NCBI GenBank assembly: GCA_012295275.1
Contig: CM022670.1
Coordinates: 8,494,001-8,558,000 of the forward strand
From: Chrysomallon squamiferum
Lineage: Eukaryota; Animalia; Mollusca
Direction: 5' to 3'
DNA length: 64,000 nt
Part shown: in pieces, positions 52,785 through 64,000 of the stretch
Numbering within the stretch: the stretch's first letter is position 1
Layout: every line of letters starts with the position of its first letter
Made by a program: the position numbers and the translations under genes
The notes under the pieces: generated by a model
The model's input: only the letters and a program-made list of their open reading frames with translations
Told to the model about the DNA's origin: nothing
Database searches by the model: none

Positions 52785-54060
52785 ACAGTGGTTGAAGTAG
52801 CAAGTGCCGACTTGAAACGAGACATTACAGAGATTTTTGATCATTCCACATTAGAATTCACTTTTTATTTTATATACAACGTACATGTGAAATTGATATA
52901 TGTGGCTATGGAAGCATCTGTTTCAGAAAATAAATTATTTAAATATTATAGTTAAAACTTTTTTCTGTCAGTATATTTTCCTAACACATTTTTTTAACGG
53001 TATGTTTTCCTCACTTGTTCATACACACACACATCTAATGATATGGAAACTCTATCTATTTATATTTCATCTAACAAAATTGGCTGGTGAAACGTTTCAT
53101 ACTGAAATTTCCTAATATTTGATTACAATTAGTTTATAAATGAAACCTACATGACAACACTCTTTAGAGGACTATATATATAAATATTAACATTTAGCCA
53201 GAAATATTTCGTTCGTTAATCAAATTTTCTATTTTTCCTGACCGAAACCAGTTGCAGTACTATGAGCTGGGCACGGGATAGAATGTATAGATTATTATTT
53301 TTTCAAAGTTTTTACTTTATAATTATGGCATCCCATTCTTTCAGAAAATATTGATCCGCCTCTGTATTAAAACTGTCATTAAAATTTATGTTTCAGTCTG
53401 CATTCTCTAATATATTTTAAAACACATGTATTTCTTTTGTTTTCAGTAATAAATTCTATTTACGCAGAATGTCTTTCACCAGTTTTTATTATAGTGACAT
53501 CATTATTGATCAGACAGCAAAAAACTAAACAACACCAGTTACATAAATTATGTATTAAATGATCTTCAGTTTACTTCAGAATGTGGTTGTGTCATTATAA
53601 CTCAGTCATATAATACATTACACAAAGGAAACACACACCCGATTACATTACCCAGTAATCTCAGTATCAAAAAGTTTGAATTCTGGTTCGTTTTGCAGAA
53701 CTTGACTGTGATGTTGATGGTTTTATAATGCACTGTAAATTGTTATTGCTCGGAAGGTGAAACGTGAGAGCAGATTTCATGAACTGAATACAAAATGACA
53801 TGATTTTAGAACTCTGTTTCGGTACAGACGTTCTTTCGTTCTTTTATTTTAAAAAACAAACATATATATTTATATATATTACACTCTCATATCTTATTTT
53901 GCCCTCACTAACAACAGTCTCCACCTTTTTCTGCGAGTAGTGTAAAAATAAAAACACAAAACAATCCCCATACCTTTCCTCTTCGTTGATATACATACAC
54001 ACACACACGTGTATGTGTGTATATATATAATAATAATATGATTGTCTGTGTGTGTATATG

Positions 54061-54115
<55 letters not shown>

Positions 54116-55008
54116 GCATGTATGTATGTATGTATGTAATAATAATTACATGAACTTACCAGTAACATATAACGAAGAATATAACATCCATTCCCATGAC
54201 ATTAAAATACATGTAAAAAATGAAATGTCTACTTGTACATATTCGAAATAAATTACTTAGGCTGTTCAATGAAATAGTCAAATAGCATAGTACTGTAATT
54301 TTCCTATATATTTAAATAATATATCCACAGTAAGAAATGAAATATTCAGAGTACATTTTCTGTTGTGACCAAAAGTAGGCCATTATATGCTGTAAATGTC
54401 TTCATATTTTATTTACTAATGGTAGTACGAGTTTATTAGTACTTTCTGAAAAAATAAAATCAGTTTATTAAATTAAATAAAGTTACATGAATTTTAAAAG
54501 CTCGTCCTAATTTTATCAGGTGTAAAATCGATGGTGCACCTGCACCACGAAATCTCACAGTCAAACAACGCGTATACTGTCATATAAAATCATTTACACA
54601 CTCTCATATACCTTCTGATACAGTGTGAGAAATGGCATAAACAATTCGTTATAATTTCATTGATATCTTTGTCTACTACTAATAATAATTATAACCATTG
54701 CAATATACATATAAACACACATTCATACATTAATATGTACATAAATGTACACATATACATCAATCTAAATTCATGCATGTTGACTGAACAATTAAATTCA
54801 CAAAACAATAATTCTCATTTTCTATTATTTTACCCTTCAAAAGAACAGGTCTAAACACAATATCAAGTGCTAAACACAGTACATCTTCAGTGAAAAAAAA
54901 AAAGGATCAATCCTCATCATAACACTCACTGTGTTTTTCCCATTCCAGCTATTGTTGAACTCGATTTCGTGGTATCAGCTTTTTATGTTTAGATTCGCGA
55001 TATATATG

Positions 55009-55220
55009 CAGTGGTACCTCGACTTACGAGTTTAATTCAATCCGAGACCGAGCTCGTAACTCAAATCTGCTCGTATATCAAATCAATTATCCCAACTAAA
55101 ATTAACTGAAATACCATTAATCCATTTCAGCCCCCAAAAGCGCCCCAATTTTTTTCGTAACGTGTTTTTAAATAAGAAAAATGTATTTATAAATGACAAA
55201 TATTGTATAAAAAAACAATA
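55009..55220 (+). mobile_element. One end of a Tigger/pogo-like DNA transposon
   Basis: CAGTGGTACCTCGACTTACGAG... terminus with CTCGTA subterminal repeats; no partner terminus seen. Confidence 0.55.
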
Positions 55221-55500
55221 TTATTGTATTAATTTTATTATTTATTTATTATTATTATTGTTGTTAATTAATTATTTTATATCGTTTTAATCTGTATTTT
55301 ATTTTGTTATATTTTAATGTAATCTTTAGAAACGTTATATATTACGAAAGTGTGCACCACTTATAATAGGATACTCACTATATGATAACTGTTGTTAATA
55401 TAATTTCAAATAAAAGAAGTTAATTTGGACTAATATCATTTATAAAACATAAAACTAAATATGTTTCTGGTATAACAATATAATTTCGTTGTTGTTGTTG

Positions 55501-55565
<65 letters not shown>

Positions 55566-55692
55566 GTTTTAAAAGGAATTCATCTTAAATAAAATAAAAA
55601 ACTACACTTTAAGATCATAAACTATGGTCACCATTTCATACTTCTGTTTCTTAAAAGAAACAAATCGAAACTTTTTACTTTTTTGTTATAGA

Positions 55693-56656
55693 ATAAGTCA
55701 TCTGAGTAGAGAAGAACGTGAATATCACACAATGCGGTTCTTGAGGTATGACACAGATGGGAATGGATATCTTGATCTCATGGAACTGGGGGAAATGTTT
55801 TTGTCTTTTACAGAGTTGAGAGTAAGCACAGTTTGTCAGCAGTCTATGGGAAGTTACATATTAAAGATGTTCTGATGGTCTTTCGAAAAAACAATAAGCG
55901 AGAAATCTTTCTAATTACCTGTTTTATCCTTAACTGCTGTTTAGTTGTTTATTCTTATGTACGTATTATTATTATTATTTATTGTTCTTTTTAATTATTA
56001 TTATTATTATTATTATTATTATTTTCACAGAACATTTTTAGAAAGATAGATACAAATGGCGATGGACGAATTACTCTGGATGAATTCTTAGTGATAATGC
56101 CGAAAAATATTACCAATGAAGAAAGAAAGTACGTTTAACTTATTTCCCAACTAAAATTTTATGCATGTTATACAGGATTTTCCAGATTTAATATTCCAGA
56201 TATTTTGAAATCACTTTATGACAACAATTTCAGTTTGAAAATGTAACATGGAAACGTATTACGTATATAGATCGTCAATGCAGTGTCCGATTGAAACAAT
56301 GGCTCGACCTACTCGTGCTTTTTTAATGCACCAGTGTGTGTGGGTGCGTGTGTGTGTGTATGTGTGCATGGGTTTGTGTAAGAGTGCATGGTTGTGTAGA
56401 TATTTTTTTGTTTATGTCTATGACAGATATTAAATATTAATGAATATGTTTTGTAGCCTGGACCATCTGAGACACCGCTTTAAAACAATGGACAAAGATG
56501 GCGACGGTTTTGTAACGGCGAAAGATTTTCATCAGGACTATGACAGAAAGAGGATATGAAATTACTATGGACAACGCCATTGAGTACGTAAACAAAGTGG
56601 ACACCAACGGTGACGGGAATACTGACTTGAACGACTACTTGGCGTTTAACAAATGA
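55693..56656 (+). pseudogene. EF-hand copy P7
   Basis: ATG>ATA at 55693, 18-nt deletion in exon 2 (55693-55821), exon 3 56031-56128 open, 1-nt insertion frameshift in exon 4 (56457-56656), no upstream block or UTR exon. Confidence 0.9.
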
Positions 56657-57599
56657 GTAGTGATTGAAGTACCAAATGCCAACATGGAATCAGACATTAC
56701 AGAGATTTTTAATCATTCCAGATAAGAATTCCCTTTTTATTATATCTACAATGTACATATGAAATAAATATTTTGTTGCTTTAGAAAGAGCTATTTTAGA
56801 AAATCAGTTATTTAAATATTACAGTTATCGGCTATTCTAAAAGCAGTGGGTTTTTTTTGTCAGTATACATTCTCCTAACGTCTCCACACACACATATGTA
56901 AGCACTGTCTACTTATATTTGATATAACGAAAGTTTCAGCACGGGATAGAATGTATATATTAATATTTTTACTTTATAATTTAGGTATTCCCTCCTCTCA
57001 GAAAATATGGATCCGCCTCTGTATTAAAACTGAAAAAGTATTAATTAAAGCGTCATAATAAAAAATAAAAACAAAAAACAATGTACTGTCTGGATACGTA
57101 CGAATTCGCATTTCAAGTCTGAATTCTCTACCGCCAATTATTAATCAAATTCCTGTCTTTTCCCCAATTTCTACTAAGAAGTAGAGTTAACAATTATTAA
57201 TTTTTAGAGTTGTGTGGATACTGTATTGCAAAAACACATGAATGTCTTTTTGTTTTCAGTTATAAATTCTGTTTACACAGAATATCTTTCACCAGTTTTA
57301 ATTATAGTGACATCATTATTAATCAGACTATAAAAATGAACAACACGTGTTATATAATTTATGTATTATATAATCTTCAGTTTATTTGCAGAATTTGGTT
57401 CTGATGTTATAACACAGTCGTACAATACATTGCACAAAGGAAACATACACCCGGTAGTCTCAGTATTAAAAATACAGCTTTCACTTCTCCTTCGTTTTGC
57501 AGAACGATAGATATTTGACTGTGATGTCGATGATTTTATAATGTGCTGAACTGAATCTCTCATTCTTACAAGTGAACTAAACTGTCCATCCTTCACAGG

Positions 57600-57632
<33 letters not shown>

Positions 57633-57634
<2 letters not shown>

Positions 57635-58323
57635 ATGATGATTTTTCTTTGCTGTATGCAACAAATTCTTCTAAACTGACTTTGCCGTCGCCATCTTTAT
57701 CTAATTTCTCCACCATTTTCTGCGCATAGTGTAATGACACGTCACGTCCGCTCTCTTTTAGCGCCATTCTTATTTCCGGCGCTGTCAGGTAACCGTCGCC
57801 ATCTTTGTCAACATTGTTGAAAGAACGCCGCAAATTCGCTTCCCTGTTACAAAAATGAATTATGGAATCTTAGAAATAACATATAATACTGAATATAATA
57901 TGGATTCAACATCAGGCAATGTATTAAAATAAAATATGTATAAAAATGAAATAGCCATATAAGAAAAAAAAAAAAAAAACATTCAAATAGTATTCCCGCT
58001 GCCAGGAATGAAATATTGAAATAAAATACACGTTCTTTTGTGATTAAAAATAAACATGAATATAACCACCGGGCTACACTGTAAAGTCTATTCATATAAA
58101 ATAATTTTTGTTTGCTCCCTTACAAGATAAAAAAAAATCAGTGTAAATTAATTTGTAGTCAAGTGACAAAATTAACTTGGAATAATAAATATTAAATGTA
58201 ATATTAAAACATGTACGCACTCTCGTTTATCTTCTGGTACTGTGTGAGGCATCGCTGCAAGAAATTCATCCAGAGTTATAATCCCATTGTTATCTTTATC
58301 TATTGAAGAGAAGATAGTCTGTA

Positions 58324-58399
<76 letters not shown>

Positions 58400-58599
58400 G
58401 GCACGGGATAGGATGTATACATTATTATTTTTTCAAAGTTATCACTGTATAATTAAGGCATCCCCCTTCTCTCATAATGTGCTTCTCTGTTACGCACTAG
58501 TTTCACACTTAACTAGGGCCAAGAATTCGTACGTTATCAATTCGTAATCCTTCTGTAATACAAAATGTCTGTTAACGAATATTTATTTATTTATTTATT

Positions 58600-58662
<63 letters not shown>

Positions 58663-58853
58663 ATTTTAAACAGTATTGATTTGAAAGCTGCACACTGGTT
58701 AATTCATATTAAGAAAGAAATAATATAAACAGAATAAAAACAATCTGACGTATTTTGTTTCCTTGTGAATGTATGACTATCATTCCCTCGATTTGTCTCC
58801 CTTGTCTGCCTTTCTTTTTGTCTGTTCCGCGTGTTCCTTTCTACATACATTCA

Positions 58854-58895
<42 letters not shown>

Positions 58896-59189
58896 TTACA
58901 CACACACATTATAAAGCGCTAACTTGTATATTTTAACCTACTTTCACGCGACATCATTATGAACTATCTTGAGTGAAAAAAAAACCACCTGTGTTTTTGT
59001 ATAAACATTATTATATATATATAAAAATATAAAGAAACCTACTTCGATCTCTGTCTCGGGCAGCTTAAAACCCAAGCCGCGACACATTCCCACGAACTCG
59101 GACAGATCCAGCGCTCCATTTCCATCCAGATCCACCCGCAGAAATGCGGTCGCGTACGCTTGTCGTTCAGCCCGCGTCAAATGCGACAT
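57633..59189 (-). CDS. Calmodulin-like 4-EF-hand protein M1 (intact, 151 aa)
   Basis: Exons 59189-59043, 58318-58221 (TIFSSIDKDNNGIITLDEFLAAMPHTVPEDKR), 57843-57633; loops DLDGNGALDLSE, DKDNNGIITLDE, DKDGDGYLTAPE, DKDGDGKVSLEE. Confidence 0.9.
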
Positions 59190-59326
59190 CGACGAATTTA
59201 AATTCTCGCTCACTTTTTGCTCGACTCGTTGTACGTTTGTTTTGTGTTGCCGACGACGAGGTAAACACGTAAACGAAGTAAATGATCGACGACCGCGTGC
59301 CACTGTCGTCGTAAACACACACAGGG

Positions 59327-59340
59327 GTTTTATTTATACA
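59327..59340 (-). promoter_or_regulatory. TATA box of M1
   Basis: Minus-strand TGTATAAATAAAA ~140 nt upstream of the ATG; similar spacing at M2. Confidence 0.6.
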
Positions 59341-59924
59341 GTACACACAATAATAATACCTTGCACCCACCCGCACGCTTAGCCAAGTAGGTCAGTTTGT
59401 AATACTCGTCTGAGTGAATCTGTATCGATCTTTTATCGACTGACCTGGTTAGCTAAAAATCAACTGTTTGACTTTCTTTTTTTTTTTTTTTTTTTTGTAA
59501 AGCGTTGCAGAGACTTGTGCAAGTCTATATATATTTTTTTTTTTATCTTTTATTTTTTTATTTTTTTATTTTTTTTATTTATTTTTATTATTTTTTTTTT
59601 TTTTGTAACCCCTTCGTTCGTTTTTGTTGTGCAGTGGACCGAAATATCATACAAAAAGAGAAAATATGTGAAATAATGCATGAGTCACGAAACAAGCAGC
59701 AGTTGATCTGTGTTGCTCGTTATTTTCCATTCTAAGCATAAATGAAATGAGTATAAGGTTTGACATATTTATATTATCAACGCATATTAAAAAAAAAGTC
59801 AGCCATATTTTTGTTGTTTATTGATATGAAAGATTAAATCCGTTGAAAATGTCTTGTTAACTCGATTAGCAACAATATGTCTTTTATTTTCACCTTCCCA
59901 TAAAATAAACATCTAACAAATACA

Positions 59925-60011
<87 letters not shown>

Positions 60012-60263
60012 CAAACAAAACCAACAACATAAAAACTCTCCCAACAAAACAAAAAATAAAATAAAATGAAACGTGTTATACTGCTTTAATTATTTACAAA
60101 TAATGCTTAAACTGATACATACGACAATATATTTTGAACACAGAGGGTTACATTTAACAATGATGATGATGATAGTGATGATTATGATGATGATGATGAT
60201 GATGATGATGATAAAGAAAAATAATAAAAGGAAAAACAAATAAATAAATAAATAAATTAATTA

Positions 60264-60331
<68 letters not shown>

Positions 60332-60409
60332 GGAAATTCCGAAAACGTGCTGTCTTTGGTATTAGTATTAAATTAACACATAATTATAATGCCATCACTG
60401 TTTCACGTT

Positions 60410-60750
60410 TCACGTTTTTCTCAGTTTTGCGTAAGCGACATATTCTTCCAGGCTAACTCTTCCATCACCATCAGTATCTAATTTCTCCACTATTTTCTGC
60501 GCATGCTCCAGTGTAACATGACGTCCGGTTAACTTGAGTGCCATGCGCACTTCTTGTGTTGTTAAATAACCATCACCGTCTTTGTCGATTTCATTGAATG
60601 ATCGCCGTAGGTTCGCCTCTCTGCAATAGAAAAATGCTGTTGTTGTTGTTGTTGTTGTTGTTATAATAATAATAATTTAATGTTACTTAAGATGAAATAA
60701 AAAATAGATCGATTATTAATAATTGATATTTAACGATAAAAGAAAGACTA

Positions 60751-60828
<78 letters not shown>

Positions 60829-60963
60829 AAAACAGTCTTACTCTCTTGTTTCTTGTGTTGCTTTGTGAGGTATGGCAGCAAGGAATTCATCTAGCGTTAT
60901 CTTCCCATTTCCATCAGTGTCTATTTGTTGAAAAAGTTCCTGTAAAATTAGTAATAATAATAA

Positions 60964-61010
<47 letters not shown>

Positions 61011-62222
61011 AAATCAATAAAAACTTACGCACTAAACACATATATTTTGTATTGGTATATATTTTATTTAGGCAGAATATTTCTATCATAAGGCATATAC
61101 TGCTGTTTGTTTATTATACAAGTATTATTTATATTTTATGTTCACTGACTTTAAACACACTGGAATGTTTACGTCCATTTCGTCCGGGTGTGTTCATTAC
61201 GCACCTGTTAGGTAAATTTCTATACCCTTTGAGTAATAAATTTTGTGTACCGCCAATCCCAGTAACCTGGGATTTTTTTATATCGTATTCCTTTAAAACA
61301 AACAAACTGTCAAGATAAAGTCCATGGCGCTGTATATGGTAATGGCATAGGTATTTTACTTTGCGTAATATATTAACATTTCTAAATATCTATATGCTCA
61401 GGTATATAATTAATTGATCATAATTAATTATCCGACAATATTAAATTAAGTCAGATGGATATTAACGTCAAGAACAACTACTACGACATAGTGTACGCCC
61501 ATGTGTGTAGAGACAAACAAACACACACACGCACGCACGCACACACGCGCAAATCTTTGTCTCGCTTAGTCTTATGGACAGGGTTGCCCGCCACAGATGA
61601 ATATGAATATTCATAAGCTGATTAAAATTCATAAGACATCAGCCAGTCTTTTTGTGTGTACAGCCAACAATTTGTGTCAGTATAAAATTATTATAATTAA
61701 ATATATTATAATTACATGAATATATTATAATTATACAAATATGATATTTATAATTTTGTATATATTAAATTGTTTAGAAATAGAATACAATGATTAAATA
61801 ATTTATTATAATAATTTTAATATAATATTTATAATAAAATTTATATGACAATCACATTATATTAAATACATATTATACTACAATTAAATAAATAGTATTC
61901 TTGAACGAAATAGTATATTCTATTTTGATAAATATTAAATATAAAACTTATAACTGTATAAGTATTACAATTAAATACATTATAATTTGAACTATTTATT
62001 TTTTTATTTTTTTAAGAGATACATAACAACTTTATAAATATCCTATTATAACTACATACATATTGCGTTACTCACTTTGACCCCTGCAGCTGACAAATTA
62101 AAATTAAGGTTTGTACACATCGCTTCAAATTCGTGTAAATCCAGAGCGCCATTTCCATCTAAGTCTATTCTCAGAAAAGCAGCAGTGTATGCAGTTCGTT
62201 CTTCTTGACTCAAATGTGACAT
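60410..62222 (-). CDS. Calmodulin-like 4-EF-hand protein M2 (intact, 151 aa)
   Basis: Exons 62222-62076 (MSHLSQEERTAYTAAFLRIDLDGNGALDLHEF...), 60939-60842, 60620-60410; loops DLDGNGALDLHE, DTDGNGKITLDE, DKDGDGYLTTQE, DTDGDGRVSLEE. Confidence 0.9.
60754..60827. repeat. (AG)n microsatellite in M2 intron
   Basis: Directly visible. Confidence 0.95.
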
Positions 62223-62344
62223 GTTTTACTCCTTTCGCCCAGAAAACAAACGTATACAAGAAAGTAAATAAGAAGTCAGTTCAACGCATACACAATACAG
62301 CACTTGTATCCCTTTTAGCGAAAACCTACAGCTCGGCGTCCGGG

Positions 62345-62358
62345 TATATATATTTATA
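62345..62358 (-). promoter_or_regulatory. TATA box of M2
   Basis: Minus-strand TATAAATATATATA ~125-135 nt upstream of the ATG. Confidence 0.6.
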
Positions 62359-62867
62359 TCTTATGTTCACTCAATTTAAATGCAGAGAAAAAAATACCAG
62401 GTCCCACAAAACTTGAGTTAGTAAAATGTCAGCAGATAAAATTACTATAAATCAAACCCGGATACGAGTTATTCACTGTGGAATTACTGTTGTTATTATT
62501 ATTTTAAATGTTATATATATTTTTAAGTGTGTTTTATTCAGCTGATTAAATTAATGTGTGATAAATGTGTATCATATATGCAGAGGAACTATTTACTGCG
62601 ATCAGAACAGGAAGAAGACAAAAATACAAAAGCAAAACAATATTTAAAAAAGAAAGAAAAACGCGACAAAAGCCTTGTGGACAGTCTAATGACAAATAGC
62701 GGGGTTTTCAATCGAATCGCTTGCTCATGCTTGCTGTATTTCACAACTGAGGTCATTTCTTGGTTTTCACATGACAGTGTGCAGTCAGTCACACGTGACT
62801 CTTCGTGAAATTATGAGATGAGGAATGTGCTACCCTCCACCACCCTCTTTCTCTTTTTCTTTTAGAG

Positions 62868-62870
<3 letters not shown>

Positions 62871-62946
<76 letters not shown>
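62871..62946. repeat. (CT)n microsatellite
   Basis: Directly visible. Confidence 0.95.
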
Positions 62947-62950
<4 letters not shown>

Positions 62951-63879
62951 TTTCAAAATAAAGTAACTTGCTACTTAGTAACAATGGTAATTGTTAAATG
63001 TAGAAAAGCGTCATCAGACACCCCTCTATTACTCAGCAGATTTACGTCCTTGTTAACAAACAAACACGACACTGACGTGTTACAGGTCGCTGGATTGTTT
63101 ACTCTCATACTTTGGTGTAAAATCGTCTACTCTCTTGCTGTTAATTAACAAAATGCTTTACCCTCTTGCTGTTAATTAACAAAACACTTTTTTAACTTTG
63201 TTGTTATTTTTCCTTTCTTTGTTTTTCTTTTTCTTCCCTCTTTTTTTTTATTTTTTTTATTTTGTCTTTCTTCCTTCCTTCTTATCTTATTTCCTTCGAT
63301 CTATTATTCTTTTTTCTTTTTTTTTTTTTTATTATTATTTCATTTTTCTCCGTGTAATACAGTCATTAAAAGAAACCAAATCAACACATAATACAGAATT
63401 TAGAAACTTTATTCACTGACTGGACACGTGTCACACAGATGTGGACATTCATTTCTTGTTAACTCGATCGAACAAAACGTGTTTTTACTTTCTTCTGTAC
63501 ATACGTTAGTGTCAGGTACTGTACAGTTCACTGAAATACAACAACAACAATAATAATAATAACAATAATAAATTCAATAAAAGCTGGGAACTGATACATG
63601 TAATAATATATCAGTACTCTGTTGCAAATAAACTAAACACAAACTAAACTACTGACACCGATACTGATCGTGAATTTTATGATGTTTCTTACATATCAAA
63701 TAATTACGAATGTCCAAAAATAAAAATAAAAATAAAAAATAACCTTTTTCACATTTGTCGCCAAAGTACCAGGGCAAACAGTTACAATTACAGGATCCAG
63801 GAATATGCCTTCCACCATTCTTACAAGGTTCACACTCTACGATAAATAATTAGAAATTAAAATTAATAGGCGAATAAAG

Positions 63880-63975
63880 ATGATTGGTTAACGGACATCA
63901 AACATTAGATTAGGTAACCAGATACACTAGAAAGGAAACCCGCTGCAGCCACTCTACAAGCTAGTCTGATGTGAA
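63880..63975 (-). mobile_element. SINE-like remnant
   Basis: AGGAAACCCGCTGCAGCCACTC motif resembles the 3' part of mollusc tRNA-SINEs in reverse orientation (recalled, not searched). Confidence 0.35.
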
Positions 63976-64000
63976 CTTTCTTACTGACAAGTATACAAAT

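Noticed and set aside
58944-59318. 124-aa ORF as the M1 N-terminus
   Set aside because: Begins at a non-ATG codon just downstream of the TATA box and runs through the donor at 59042; homology with all paralogs places the start at 59189.
20164-62222. Calling the EF-hand genes calmodulin (CALM) or troponin C
   Set aside because: They lack the near-invariant calmodulin sequence; only size and 4-EF layout are shared, so no gene symbol was assigned.

Overview
AT-rich, microsatellite-dense eukaryotic (animal, probably molluscan - inference) genomic DNA with GT-AG spliced genes. (1) 1-8852 (+): 3' part of a large multi-exon modular protein gene. It combines Gly-rich domains resembling phage-tail/ALK-LTK types, 6-Cys EGF/EB-like modules, an unnamed 'PxVLVL[ST]SYEPVxW' domain and two TARSH/ABI3BP-FNDC1 C-terminal-type domains, with duplication/deletion junctions still visible in the introns. 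(2) 11269-~17480 (-): a 7-repeat protocadherin. (3) 20164-62222: a cluster of ten 4-EF-hand calmodulin-like loci. Eight are + strand tandem copies (2 intact, 2 with a broken exon-3 acceptor, 1 with a homopolymer frameshift, 3 clear pseudogenes), and all carry Asp instead of Glu at position 12 of EF3 and EF4. They converge on two intact - strand genes with four canonical EF loops, and decayed antisense copies of the first - strand gene lie in most spacers. Tc1/mariner-type elements and SINE-like remnants are interspersed. Exon models were read by eye from splice signals and frame continuity; family assignments come from motif recognition, not database searches.
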